A model generated the notes under the pieces. That model was given only the letters and a program-made list of their open reading frames with translations. It made no database searches and had not been told where the DNA came from. From a virus, in the IMG/VR virus record IMGVR_UViG_3300047560_000724, positions 1-64,000 of that record: a stretch of 64,000 bases of DNA; one strand, 5' to 3'. Shown piece after piece: positions 8,616 to 18,557 of this stretch. Position numbers and translations under genes: made by a program. Every line of letters begins with the position of its first letter. Position 1 is the first letter of the stretch.

Positions 8616-10869
8616 CTTCAGTTATGCTTTCAATTGCAAGTAGCGGAACTTTTGGAGCCTTTGGTTTTGAAATTAATGAAATCTTGTCATCAACTACAGT
8701 AATAGTTAACCAACCACCGTTCTTCAAGTCACCAAATAACATCATACGAGCAAGATCTCGCTTAATTTCTTTATCGATGACTCGTTGTAGAGGACGGGCG
8801 CCCATCTTAGCATCAAAGCCTTTGTCAATAAGCCAGTTAATAGCATCCTTATCAATTTTAATACGGATAGCTTTTTCTTTAACTTGCTCTTTAAGCTCGT
8901 CAATAAACTTCATAACAACCTTAATCATTGTTTCTTTACCTAGCTTGTTAAAGGTAATGATACCATCTAAGCGGTTACGGAACTCTGGGGTAAAGAATTT
9001 ATTAAGTTCTTTGTCGCTATATTGTTTTTGTTGACTACCAAAGCCAATGGCATTTTTATCAGCGTCAGCTGCGCCAGCATTAGTAGTAAGGATAAGAATC
9101 AAATTACGGCAATCTGCTTTCTTACCATTAGACCCTGTTACAAAACCATTATCCATCATCTGCAACAGTACAGTCGACACATCAGGATGTGATTTTTCAA
9201 CCTCGTCAAACAACAGAACAGCGTTTGGATTTTCTTGAATCTGTGTAATCAACAAGCCTGCATTTTCTTCAAAACCAACATAACCTGGAGGGCTACCGAT
9301 TAGCTTAGAGATGCTATGCTTCTCTTGGTATTCTGACATGTCAAAGCGTAGTAGCTTAACACCTAAGTTCTTAGCAAGAGACTTAGCAGTTTCGGTCTTA
9401 CCGCAACCAGTTGGGCCCATGAATACAAATGATCCAATGGGTTTATTTTCAGATTTCAAACCAGCTTGTGCAACAATAATCTTGTCTACCACTTCTTGTA
9501 CAGCAAGATCTTGTCCGTATACTTCGTCTTGAAGTTTTGTTTGTAGAGTTGCAAGGTTATTGCTTTCTGTTTCTGCAACCTGCTCTTCAGGCAAGTTAAT
9601 CATCTTAGCAAGTTCAAACTGGATCTCGCCTTCTCCAACCACACGCTCGTCTGCAAGTTTTAAGTTAAAGCGTGAGCAAGCTAAGTCAATCAAGTCAATA
9701 GCCTTATCCGGCAACTTCTTGTCTGTTTGATATTTGACAGATAATTTAATAGCCGCCTGTAGTGCGTCATCTTTAATTTTTACATTGTGATGACCTTCAT
9801 AGTATTTCTTAATACCTTTAAGGATCTGAAGAGTAACTTCTGTAGTTGGCTCGTCAACAGTAATGCGTTGGAATCGACGCATCAATGCACGATCCTTCTC
9901 AAAGTGCTTGCGATATTCTTCCCAGGTAGTTGACGCTACAACTTTAATGTTGCCTTTGCTTAGTGCAGGCTTCATCATGTTAGCAAGGTCGTTAGCTGAA
10001 TTGCTAGCGGTACCTGCACCAGAGATCATATGCGCTTCGTCAATAAACAAGACAGTTTTGCCTTTCTTCTGAAGTGCTTTAATAACAAGTTTAAAGCGTT
10101 CTTCAAAGTCTCCGCGATACTTACTGCCAGCTAACATAGCACTAATATCTAGGTTATAAACTGTGTAGTCTTTTAAGAAGTCTGGAACCGCACCTTTAAC
10201 AATGTTGTAGGCAAGACCTTCTGCAATCGCAGTCTTACCAACACCCGGATCGCCTACTAAGATCACATTGTTCTTGCTTCTGCGCCCCATTGACAATGCA
10301 ATGTTTTCTAGCTCATCTATACGACCAATCACTGGGTCAATTTTATTCTTCTTAACTTGATCGTTAAGGTTTGTCGTAAATGCGTTTAGTGCTTTGCTAG
10401 AATTACTGTCTTGCGGTTCATCGTCGCCCGCTTCGTCCATGTTGTTGTTAAGGTAATCAGCAAATTTCTCTTTATCAATTTCTGCTTGTGCAATATAAAA
10501 GTGTGCCCAGCTACGCTTCTCGCCCATCATAGCAAGGAACACATCTGTAGGTTCAATGCGTTGACGACCATTGAATAGTACTTGTGTAAATGCACGATTA
10601 AGTACACGCTCGACTGATTGTGTTTTCTTTGGCTTAACTACTACTTCTTGTGTTGTAATTTCGGAACACTTGTGTTGTAAGTAGTCAGCAACATGTTTTT
10701 TTAAGTCATCAGCGTTAGCACCGTATCCTTGAACGCATTTTGTAAATGACTCGTCAAGAAGCATAGCAAATAACAAATGCTCGATGGTTAAGTATTCATG
10801 GTGTAGTTTTTTAGCAGTATCAATTGCTTTTTCAAAAACTGATTGTAAATTGTCGCTTGGTTCAACCAT
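8593..10869 (-). CDS. clpA: ATP-dependent Clp protease ATP-binding subunit ClpA
   Basis: Clp N-domain, two Walker A motifs (GDPGVGKT, GPTGCGKT), IGF ClpP-docking loop, no ClpB middle domain; 758 aa. Confidence 0.92.
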   Translation of the reverse strand: MVEPSDNLQSVFEKAIDTAKKLHHEYLTIEHLLFAMLLDESFTKCVQGYGANADDLKKHVADYLQHKCSEITTQEVVVKPKKTQSVERVLNRAFTQVLFNGRQRIEPTDVFLAMMGEKRSWAHFYIAQAEIDKEKFADYLNNNMDEAGDDEPQDSNSSKALNAFTTNLNDQVKKNKIDPVIGRIDELENIALSMGRRSKNNVILVGDPGVGKTAIAEGLAYNIVKGAVPDFLKDYTVYNLDISAMLAGSKYRGDFEERFKLVIKALQKKGKTVLFIDEAHMISGAGTASNSANDLANMMKPALSKGNIKVVASTTWEEYRKHFEKDRALMRRFQRITVDEPTTEVTLQILKGIKKYYEGHHNVKIKDDALQAAIKLSVKYQTDKKLPDKAIDLIDLACSRFNLKLADERVVGEGEIQFELAKMINLPEEQVAETESNNLATLQTKLQDEVYGQDLAVQEVVDKIIVAQAGLKSENKPIGSFVFMGPTGCGKTETAKSLAKNLGVKLLRFDMSEYQEKHSISKLIGSPPGYVGFEENAGLLITQIQENPNAVLLFDEVEKSHPDVSTVLLQMMDNGFVTGSNGKKADCRNLILILTTNAGAADADKNAIGFGSQQKQYSDKELNKFFTPEFRNRLDGIITFNKLGKETMIKVVMKFIDELKEQVKEKAIRIKIDKDAINWLIDKGFDAKMGARPLQRVIDKEIKRDLARMMLFGDLKNGGWLTITVVDDKISLISKPKAPKVPLLAIESITEDAHQDND

Positions 10870-10921
10870 TAGGCTTCCTTATATTGGTGATGTGTTATTT
10901 TATAACTAAACTTTACAAATG

Positions 10922-11782
10922 TCAAGACTTAATCAAGTCATTTATTTCTTTTAATTTCTTAACCAGTTCCGGATCAGTAATATTTGGCGATTCAATTTGA
11001 ATTACGGTAACAAATCTACCTTTAAGTCCGTTATGTGGATTTGTAAATCCTTGCCCAGCACTTGCGTATTCTCTTCCGGGCATCACTCCACCCCGGATAT
11101 CCAAGTCCATTTCTTGTCCAGTAATTAACTTAACTTTCTTCTTACAACCGATCATTGCCTCAATTGGATTAATAACAATCTCAGTATATAAGTCGTCATC
11201 GATTCTCTTATAGTTTGGATCAGGAAGAATAACGATAGTAACATTTAAATTACCACGAGGCGCATTTGGCATTGTATCATCGCCTAGTCCAGTATAACGA
11301 ATAGTTTCACCGTGGCTAACACCAGGGGGGACATTAATTGCTACAGTCTGGCTCTTACCGCTAGGCAATTTGTAATTTGCTTCTAGTTGTTTACCTATGT
11401 AAGAATCAAGCAAGGTGATTTGGCACTGAATGTTTAAATCGCGATTGCGTCTTATATGTCTGCCAAATATATCACCAAACGGATTTCCATTGCCAAACGG
11501 TCCTCCAAAGTGTGCGCTGAACATATCGTTCATGTCTTGAAAGCCCGGGCCGCCTGTATGGAATCTAAATTCTCTAGGGCCACCGCCTTGGCGTTGCATA
11601 TCATATTCGGCTCGTTTATTAGAATCACTTAGAGTATCATATGCTACACTAATGTCTTTAAATTTAGCTTGGTCGCCACCTTTATCAGGGTGGTGTTTAT
11701 TGGCCAGCTTGCGATAAGCCTTTTTAATTTCGTCAGGGCCAGCTTGCGGGCTAACACCTAATGTTTGATAGTAATCAGTCAT
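10922..11782 (-). CDS. DnaJ-class co-chaperone (CbpA-like, no Zn finger)
   Basis: J-domain with HPD, G/F-rich linker, DnaJ C-terminal domain. Confidence 0.9.
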   Translation of the reverse strand: MTDYYQTLGVSPQAGPDEIKKAYRKLANKHHPDKGGDQAKFKDISVAYDTLSDSNKRAEYDMQRQGGGPREFRFHTGGPGFQDMNDMFSAHFGGPFGNGNPFGDIFGRHIRRNRDLNIQCQITLLDSYIGKQLEANYKLPSGKSQTVAINVPPGVSHGETIRYTGLGDDTMPNAPRGNLNVTIVILPDPNYKRIDDDLYTEIVINPIEAMIGCKKKVKLITGQEMDLDIRGGVMPGREYASAGQGFTNPHNGLKGRFVTVIQIESPNITDPELVKKLKEINDLIKS

Positions 11783-11850
11783 AGTCGTAAAAATAGGTCC
11801 AATAATAATGTAATATACACTATTTAATTGGACCTGTCAAGAGCTAAAAA

Positions 11851-12063
11851 TTATTTCTTTTTAGCTGGCTCTGGAACTGCTTCACCTTCTACTTTTTTAT
11901 GTACTTTGATCTTCTTACACTCTTGTACAGGCTTGCCGTCTTTGCCGTTAACTACTTTACCGGCTTTATCAGTTTTGTCTTTGCAAACTTCTTTCATTTC
12001 ACCACCAGCGTATGCTGTACCGGCTAATGCTAAACTTGCTACTAATGCTAGAATTAATTTCAT
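11851..12063 (-). CDS. Small secreted protein
   Basis: Signal peptide ending AYA; two Cys. Confidence 0.6.
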   Translation of the reverse strand: MKLILALVASLALAGTAYAGGEMKEVCKDKTDKAGKVVNGKDGKPVQECKKIKVHKKVEGEAVPEPAKKK

Positions 12064-12074
12064 TTTAGTTTCCT

Positions 12075-12620
12075 TTAAATTGCTGGTTGATCAAAATCTG
12101 GAACGATTTTTTTACCACTTGCTGTTACGGCTGGAGTCGCTGTTGCTCCAAAGCCTGTACTGCCACTAAAGCCTCCTGCTGCTGGCGCTGTAGGTACGCC
12201 TCCAAACCCGCCTCCGCCAAAGCCACTTGCGGCTGGTGCTGGTGCTGGAGAACCGAAGCCCCCACTCGTTGCACCAAATCCTGCTGAAGGTGTGCTAGGT
12301 GCTGTAAACCCGCTCGGTGCTGATGATTGTAGTCCGCCATTGTTGGCTCCTCCTAACTTCTCTTGTGTGCGACCAAATGCCGCAATACCTAACACAGCAC
12401 CCATTGCGATATGGAACAATCCAGCACCTTGCAGTGTTAATGGTTGCCATTGTGTAATCTGTGTATGGGTCATTGTTTGTAATAAACTCCATAGGATCGG
12501 AAATATTACCATGTCCATAGTACATACTAACATATACATCCAACCCATCATTGGACGCCATTTAGCATTCATCCAATCTTCTTTTTTCTGCTCGCTTGCG
12601 CTTTTAACTTCGTCTGCCAT
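12075..12620 (-). CDS. Holin-like membrane protein (3TM gene-transfer-release holin type)
   Basis: NAKWRPMMGW motif, hydrophobic helices, FGRTQEK; adjacent to spanins and endolysin. Confidence 0.7.
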   Translation of the reverse strand: MADEVKSASEQKKEDWMNAKWRPMMGWMYMLVCTMDMVIFPILWSLLQTMTHTQITQWQPLTLQGAGLFHIAMGAVLGIAAFGRTQEKLGGANNGGLQSSAPSGFTAPSTPSAGFGATSGGFGSPAPAPAASGFGGGGFGGVPTAPAAGGFSGSTGFGATATPAVTASGKKIVPDFDQPAI

Positions 12621-12654
12621 GGTTTTCGCTCCTTGTTGGCTTTAATAGTAGTAT

Positions 12655-12924
12655 TTATTTGATACTATCCCAAATCTTCTGTTGCCCTTTATACCAAGTA
12701 GCCCAGTCGTCTACTTTTGACTTACAGTCGTAGTATTGTGCATAGTTGTCAGTAACTGTTTCAATTACTGTGCTAAGTTTGTCGTTTGCTGGATCTATAG
12801 TTTTTAAATCAGGACAAGCTACTAATAATTCCTTAGGAATATCGGGGAATTTAGGAATAACAGGCGGTGTGGTTAAACACCCTGTAAGCATTAATGCCGG
12901 CAATAGCAGTGCTAATTTTTTCAT
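12655..12924 (-). CDS. o-spanin (Rz1-like lipoprotein)
   Basis: Lipobox LTGC, Pro-rich, overlaps the i-spanin end. Confidence 0.75.
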   Translation of the reverse strand: MKKLALLLPALMLTGCLTTPPVIPKFPDIPKELLVACPDLKTIDPANDKLSTVIETVTDNYAQYYDCKSKVDDWATWYKGQQKIWDSIK

Positions 12925-13397
12925 TTTGCACCCTCCGGATTTTTAGCGGCCTTGTTAATTAATTCGTTAACTTTAGGATCTAAACGACAGTCAGCATTAA
13001 TTTGCTTTTCAACTTCTTTAATTTCAGTTTTAACAGTATTGTAATACTCAACACGAACTTTTTGCTTTTGTTTACGAGTATCGCTTAGTTGTTTGTTAAG
13101 TTCTTCGCTTTCTCTTTCAGCAACAGCAATCTTTTCTTCTAGTTTATGTACGCGATCACGCCAGGACACTTCAGTAGCATAACCGCCGTAGAGGAATACA
13201 CCACCGACCATTAAAATAACACCAAGCCATTCTGCAAGTAATGGATACTGGCCGACCATAGGCATCCATTTAAATGGTGGATATTTTAAGAATTTACTTG
13301 CAAGATACAGCACAGCACCGCTTACTAGGATAACCCAGTAGATCCAGTATAGCATACTATCTGGAATTAAACTGAGTGCCCACTGAAATTGCCACAT
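12921..13397 (-). CDS. i-spanin (Rz-like)
   Basis: N-terminal TM helices, coiled coil, C-terminal Cys; between endolysin and lipoprotein. Confidence 0.7.
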   Translation of the reverse strand: MWQFQWALSLIPDSMLYWIYWVILVSGAVLYLASKFLKYPPFKWMPMVGQYPLLAEWLGVILMVGGVFLYGGYATEVSWRDRVHKLEEKIAVAERESEELNKQLSDTRKQKQKVRVEYYNTVKTEIKEVEKQINADCRLDPKVNELINKAAKNPEGAK

Positions 13398-13403
13398 GGT
13401 TAA

Positions 13404-14033
13404 TTAACCTTGCAACACATGAATGGCGTGATTGTAATGCTTAGTACGGTCTTCTAAGCCTAATGTTCCGCCGTTAATGCGTTTTGTTAATGTAAGGATA
13501 TCACCCTTGTCTGCCCATTGGTTTAAGTTGTTAGCTTCCCAGAACCAAGCAGCTGATTGCACACAACCTTCAAATGTTGTTAAATGCTCGCTTGCTTCGT
13601 CTAGACTAATTTGTAAACTTTCAGCATAGCGTGAATAGTTGTCTTTACCAGTCAATTGAATAAGTCCTCTTCCACAAAATTTCCAACCATCGCCTGACTC
13701 TTCTGGGCCGTTACCCATACGATTAGCGTAGGCTCTGTTGGCAATACGCTCTGGTTGTTGTGCGTATTGACGAGCAACATCAATGTTAGGAAAGTATCTT
13801 GGCCATACACGGCAAAGGCTTTCTGCTTTGTAGTTTAAGTTTTCTTTGATTGCTTTATAGCCACCTGACTCGTGAGCTGTCTGTGCTAAGAAAGCTGCGA
13901 CACGAGGAACTGTGTTAATATCATAGTCAGGAAGAATTTCACACAATGCTTCAAACCAATGATCAGCATAAGGATTTTTTCCTATAATTGCTTCAAACTT
14001 TGCCTGTGTAAATTCAAATTCAAATCCGCTCAT
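13404..14033 (-). CDS. Glycoside hydrolase family 19 endolysin
   Basis: AAFLAQTAHESG, GRGLIQLTGKDNY and TKRINGG motifs; start reassigned to MSGFEF. Confidence 0.9.
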   Translation of the reverse strand: MSGFEFEFTQAKFEAIIGKNPYADHWFEALCEILPDYDINTVPRVAAFLAQTAHESGGYKAIKENLNYKAESLCRVWPRYFPNIDVARQYAQQPERIANRAYANRMGNGPEESGDGWKFCGRGLIQLTGKDNYSRYAESLQISLDEASEHLTTFEGCVQSAAWFWEANNLNQWADKGDILTLTKRINGGTLGLEDRTKHYNHAIHVLQG

Positions 14034-14752
14034 TATTTTTTCTCCAGTAATACAGCCCAATTGCTGTTTTCAAAAATCAAGGTATCTTTAATTTTTGTAA
14101 TGTTATAGTTTCCAATAAACTTAGTTAAGAACATAACTTCAGCCATATCCTTACCTTCTAATAAGATAGGACCATCAACTTGCTGGTACATATCTTGTTT
14201 TGGCCCGCTATTAATAATATTAAAAGAAATAGGATCCTTCCATATTCTGTGGAAAGTAATTGACTCGTCAACTACCTCGATATTATCTGCAAAGCTGTTT
14301 TGGAAAAAGTTGTTAAAGTTATTAAGATGATTTTGTTCAATAGCAATGTTGTATGAATCACGGTCAAGCGGAACAAGGTTAGTTAAGTTATCTTTAGTTG
14401 CTTCGAAGCTCTTAAAGCTCTTGTGATATCTAAATCGTATGTCTTCTAATCCTGTTAGCTTTTTAATACCTTCGATGATTTCTGCAATTTGCTCAGGAAC
14501 ATATCTATTTCGCTCCATCTCAACAAACACTTTGTAGACACCTTCGTCTGTTTCACCTTCAGTTACATCTGCGTCAATAACAAAAGAATACCCCATCTCT
14601 AGGAAGTTTTCAAGATCGAGAGCGGGCTCTTTTGAATCAACAGTGAAACTTAGTACAACAATATTTTCGTCATCTCCTAGTTTACTTTTGTAACTGTCAA
14701 TTTCAAAAATATGTTTTACTAAATTTTCTAAATCGTTTTCTCTAAGACTCAT
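14033..14752 (-). CDS. Hypothetical protein
   Basis: 239-aa ORF with RBS. Confidence 0.65.
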   Translation of the reverse strand: MSLRENDLENLVKHIFEIDSYKSKLGDDENIVVLSFTVDSKEPALDLENFLEMGYSFVIDADVTEGETDEGVYKVFVEMERNRYVPEQIAEIIEGIKKLTGLEDIRFRYHKSFKSFEATKDNLTNLVPLDRDSYNIAIEQNHLNNFNNFFQNSFADNIEVVDESITFHRIWKDPISFNIINSGPKQDMYQQVDGPILLEGKDMAEVMFLTKFIGNYNITKIKDTLIFENSNWAVLLEKK

Positions 14753-14761
14753 ATTCTGTCC

Positions 14762-15322
14762 TTAAGCCGCTGGCGCCGCAGGTGCTGCTGGTGCAGCTGT
14801 TGCGCCACCCGGTGCTGCCGGAGCACCTGCTGAAGCTGCATCCATAGGTGCTGGGGTTGTTGTTTTTAATTCTTCAGAATTGCCTTTGATCTCTTCTCTT
14901 AGTTTTGACATATAACCTTTGTATACATCAAACACTAATTTACGAGGCATAGTAATTTCAACCATCCATATTGGATTATGTTCTAGTTTACCTTTATTTG
15001 TACCTGGACGAAGGTCTTCAGGTGTCTTAATTGGCTTAGGTGCTATTAAGTGAGTTGTTTTATACTTTACATTACACCCGATATCTGCTAGGCGTTTAGC
15101 ACCTACTGGATCAGGCATGCTACTATATGGCCACATAAAGCCAGCTTTAACCCAATGACGGCTAACTTCTGGGCCATAGGCTAATTCGCCGTCTTCCCAG
15201 TTTTCATAGACATAAACATCCATTTCGTCAAGGACACGCTCGAAGTCTTTTAGCACCGCTAAGTTGCTATTGCTTTCGTATAGTTCTTTTATGTTCTTGA
15301 TAACATCTAATATATCGTGCAT
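14762..15322 (-). CDS. Hypothetical protein
   Basis: ORF from MHDILDV with RBS, after a TAAATA motif; Ala/Pro tail. Confidence 0.65.
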   Translation of the reverse strand: MHDILDVIKNIKELYESNSNLAVLKDFERVLDEMDVYVYENWEDGELAYGPEVSRHWVKAGFMWPYSSMPDPVGAKRLADIGCNVKYKTTHLIAPKPIKTPEDLRPGTNKGKLEHNPIWMVEITMPRKLVFDVYKGYMSKLREEIKGNSEELKTTTPAPMDAASAGAPAAPGGATAAPAAPAAPAA

Positions 15323-15492
15323 GATAATTCCTAGAATCTTTCTTACTGTATTTAGCACAGTTCGAACGAGGCGCAAACAATAACATAACAGTTAATTATT
15401 TGCGGGATTCATTAAATAATAGTGTAGGACCTCTGTAGTTATCGAGGCGGTCGCTACAAGTCCTGCTTTTAAAAGAGTAGGAGCACAACTAG

Positions 15493-16206
15493 ATGACAAA
15501 AAGAGTGAAAAAACGCTTTACATCAGAAGTTAAAGTAATTGACTTTCAACCATATCTTCCGCAGAAGAAGCAGCGTGTAAGCCTGTACCCTCGCAATGAG
15601 AACCAGAAAACTTACATACAAAAACTCCAAGACGAACAAAAAAGCATTGTATTTGCTATCGGGCCTGCAGGCACGGGCAAAACTATGTTAGCTGTTCAGC
15701 ACGGAATTAAGCTCTACCAAGAAGGCGTGATTGATAAGATAGTTGTTACAAGACCCGCCGTGTCCGTAGACGAAGATTTAGGATTTTTGCCAGGTGACTT
15801 GAATGAAAAGATGGCACCGTGGACAAGACCTATATTTGATGTCTTGGGCGAATATTATAAGCAGTCAGATATAGCAGAAATGCTAAAGGAAGGTGTTATC
15901 GAGATAAGCCCACTTGCGTATATGCGTGGCCGCACATTTAAAAACGCATACATCGTCGCAGACGAATGTCAGAACACAACAGTAAATCAAATGAAGATGC
16001 TACTAACACGACTTGGCGAAGGATCCAAAATGGTAGTGACAGGAGATTTAGCCCAGGCAGACAGAATGAATGACAATGGTTTAATTGATTTCTGCAATTT
16101 ACTCACAGGAAAAAATTTAAAACACATTGATATTATTGAGTTCGATCATAGAGATATTGAACGACACGATGCTGTTCGGGAGGTGTTAAAAGTATACGGT
16201 GATTAA
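15493..16206 (+). CDS. phoH: PhoH-like ATPase
   Basis: GPAGTGKT, LGFLPG, YMRGRTF, DECQN and GDLAQAD motifs. Confidence 0.93.
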   Translation: MTKRVKKRFTSEVKVIDFQPYLPQKKQRVSLYPRNENQKTYIQKLQDEQKSIVFAIGPAGTGKTMLAVQHGIKLYQEGVIDKIVVTRPAVSVDEDLGFLPGDLNEKMAPWTRPIFDVLGEYYKQSDIAEMLKEGVIEISPLAYMRGRTFKNAYIVADECQNTTVNQMKMLLTRLGEGSKMVVTGDLAQADRMNDNGLIDFCNLLTGKNLKHIDIIEFDHRDIERHDAVREVLKVYGD

Positions 16207-16214
16207 CTACTCAT

Positions 16215-16241
16215 AAAAAAAGGACTCTTAGGAGTCCTTTT
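16215..16241. terminator. Bidirectional intrinsic terminator
   Basis: AAAAAAAGGACTC-TTAG-GAGTCCTTTT between convergent genes. Confidence 0.75.
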
Positions 16242-16680
16242 CTATTTGCTCTACTTGTATTCCCGATTGTTTGAGGAATTGTACTCCATCTTCGTTACGA
16301 TAAGCATCACGATAATAGACAACATTAATGCCACTTTGATAAATGAGCTTGGCACAATCAAGGCAAGGACTATGAGTAATAAACATAGTAGCATTGAGCC
16401 CAGACTCAGTACTTCTAGCCAACTTAGCGATTGCATTTGTTTCAGCATGTAATACCTCCGGTCTAGTTTTTAAAATAACTTCAGGTTCGTCGTCACCATT
16501 TTCTTCATATATTTCAAATTCGCAGTTGTTATCCCAGCCTGCCGGCATACCATTGTAGCCGATTGAAATAATCCTATCGTCCTTAACAATGATAGCACCT
16601 ACATGGAGTCTTCGGGCATGACTTAGTTCCGCAAATGTTTCTGCGGTTTCCATATAGGCGGCTTTTAACTTTGTTTTCAT
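16228..16680 (-). CDS. dCMP deaminase
   Basis: GYNG, HAETNAI and SPCLDC zinc motifs. Confidence 0.92.
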   Translation of the reverse strand: MKTKLKAAYMETAETFAELSHARRLHVGAIIVKDDRIISIGYNGMPAGWDNNCEFEIYEENGDDEPEVILKTRPEVLHAETNAIAKLARSTESGLNATMFITHSPCLDCAKLIYQSGINVVYYRDAYRNEDGVQFLKQSGIQVEQIEKDS

Positions 16681-17591
16681 AGATGTGCTAGTCTGATGAG
16701 CGTTGCTGCGAGGTTAATCTCTGGATCGCTGACCAGTGTGTGATCAACAAGACCTTGCTTGATAATGAGAATAGCTTTGTCTTGAGTCTGTTCGTCTCCA
16801 AAGATGGTGATGTTATCATACAGCCATCTATAAATCTCTTCCATCTCCTCTGGGCGAGCCTGACCGCAGACGAGTTTACGGGCCTCGCTAATTTTGCCCG
16901 CTTTGAATAGCTGGACCATTTCAAGTTTGTAATCTGCTTCACCGGTATCACCCTTTTCTGGAGTGTGCAATTTTCCATCTAAACTATTCATCTGCACAGT
17001 ATTAATACATTTACGCAAGTCTGGGTAAGTTGCCTTGACAAATGTATCAAGTGTATCGAGATCGAACTCGATATTTTCTTCTACCAAAATCGTAGCAACA
17101 CGAGCAGTGAACTCAGTAACATCAACACGCTCAATATGAAAACCCTGACATCTACTGTGTAGGGCAGGAATAATTCTATTAGGATAATTGCAAGTGAGGA
17201 TAAACCTAGCAGTAGTATGGTATTCCTCCATAACCCCGCGAAGCGCCGCTTGAGCGTTGGGAGACAAATAATCTGCTTCATCTAATAGTACTACCTTAAA
17301 GTCTCCAAACGGGATCATTTGGACAAAGTTAACAATCTTATCACGAACATCTTCAACTGAGTTAGTGCGTGAAGCGTTAATCTCTAAAATGTCTAACGGA
17401 TTAACATCTAGTTCATTAAACAAGATCTTAGCAAGTGTTGTCTTACCAATACCTGCATTACCACTAAACAACAAGTGTGGTATAGTGCCTTGTTTAATCC
17501 AGCTTTGTACTTGTTCCTTTTGATGGTTATCTCTAAAAACATAACCGTCAATTTTGCTAGGGCGATACTTCTCTACCCACAATTCTTTCAT
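16677..17591 (-). CDS. Sliding clamp loader subunit (RFC small subunit / T4 gp44-like)
   Basis: LWVEKYRP, GNAGIGKTT, LLDEADYL and SRC motifs. Confidence 0.9.
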   Translation of the reverse strand: MKELWVEKYRPSKIDGYVFRDNHQKEQVQSWIKQGTIPHLLFSGNAGIGKTTLAKILFNELDVNPLDILEINASRTNSVEDVRDKIVNFVQMIPFGDFKVVLLDEADYLSPNAQAALRGVMEEYHTTARFILTCNYPNRIIPALHSRCQGFHIERVDVTEFTARVATILVEENIEFDLDTLDTFVKATYPDLRKCINTVQMNSLDGKLHTPEKGDTGEADYKLEMVQLFKAGKISEARKLVCGQARPEEMEEIYRWLYDNITIFGDEQTQDKAILIIKQGLVDHTLVSDPEINLAATLIRLAHL

Positions 17592-17824
17592 ACTAGTTCC
17601 TCTACAATGCCTAATGCCTCAGCGACAATAAGACCTACACCGCACCATATTGGGAATCCAACTACTAAACAGACACCTGCCGTAATACGGATAAAACTTT
17701 TAGCAAGGCTAACATATAAATGCTTTTTGGCATCTGGATGCTTAATTCCTTGCTCTGGACGGATAGAATCTAATGCTTCTTTTGCTTTTTTAATATCTTC
17801 TAATGCTTCGCTATGTGTACTCAT
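17588..17824 (-). CDS. Small membrane protein
   Basis: MSTHSE start with GGAG RBS, C-terminal hydrophobic helices, sigma70 promoter upstream. Confidence 0.6.
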   Translation of the reverse strand: MSTHSEALEDIKKAKEALDSIRPEQGIKHPDAKKHLYVSLAKSFIRITAGVCLVVGFPIWCGVGLIVAEALGIVEELV

Positions 17825-17890
17825 AAGGTTCTCCTTTTTTATATTATAAAGGAGAGGACAGGGCTTGTCAAGAGCCCTGTTACTCAAAGT

Positions 17891-18283
17891 TTATAGATTG
17901 ACGAAGTCTTGTGGGTTGTGTACAGACCCGTGTGACGGAGTAGCATGAGCACCAAACATAATATCGTTTGGCTTATCATCTGCTGACAGTAAAATTGCTT
18001 TAGTGTCTACACGCCTAATGATAATCTCATCACCGTTTTCATCTTCAACGGTTACACCGCGGGTCCAACGACCGTGTTCAATTAAAATCCATTCACCGAC
18101 TTTAACATCAATTTGTTCTGGACCAATTGCCCAAACACGACCCCACCGAGGTTTAATACCTTCAGTTTTTCCATCATCACTGCGGAGGATAATTCCGCTA
18201 GCCGTTTTCTGTTCATCAAAACTCATATCCGTAATTAAAACATTATCACGGAGTGGTTTTAGTTTACCCTGAACTACATTCAT
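17891..18283 (-). CDS. groES: GroES-like co-chaperonin
   Basis: LKPLRDNVLI, KTASGIIL and AIGP...VKVGE motifs. Confidence 0.85.
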   Translation of the reverse strand: MNVVQGKLKPLRDNVLITDMSFDEQKTASGIILRSDDGKTEGIKPRWGRVWAIGPEQIDVKVGEWILIEHGRWTRGVTVEDENGDEIIIRRVDTKAILLSADDKPNDIMFGAHATPSHGSVHNPQDFVNL

Positions 18284-18285
18284 TG

Positions 18286-18531
18286 TTAGGCCTTTCTTCT
18301 AGGTGTAACTTCGTCCGGAACAGAATTTTGATTCGCACTTTCATACGATTTTAATACATCTTCTCTTGTACGGACAATTCTGCCACCTGGGCCTAATTCA
18401 TCACCGCGAGCGTTAACTTTTACATTACCCACGGCAACTGTCATCTCGTTTTGTAAAGCTAGTTTACCCATGTCAATTTCTTTGCCCTGCATTGAGCGAT
18501 AAGTTTGACGCTGTTGTTCTTTCATTGCCAT
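18286..18531 (-). CDS. Hypothetical protein
   Basis: 81-aa ORF with AVGNVKVNARGD motif. Confidence 0.6.
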   Translation of the reverse strand: MAMKEQQRQTYRSMQGKEIDMGKLALQNEMTVAVGNVKVNARGDELGPGGRIVRTREDVLKSYESANQNSVPDEVTPRRKA

Positions 18532-18557
18532 ATTAATCTCCTCGATTATAATACTAC

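Noticed and set aside
11795-11835. CIRCE heat-shock operator upstream of dnaJ
   Set aside because: Arm sequence and spacing do not match TTAGCACTC-N9-GAGTGCTAA.
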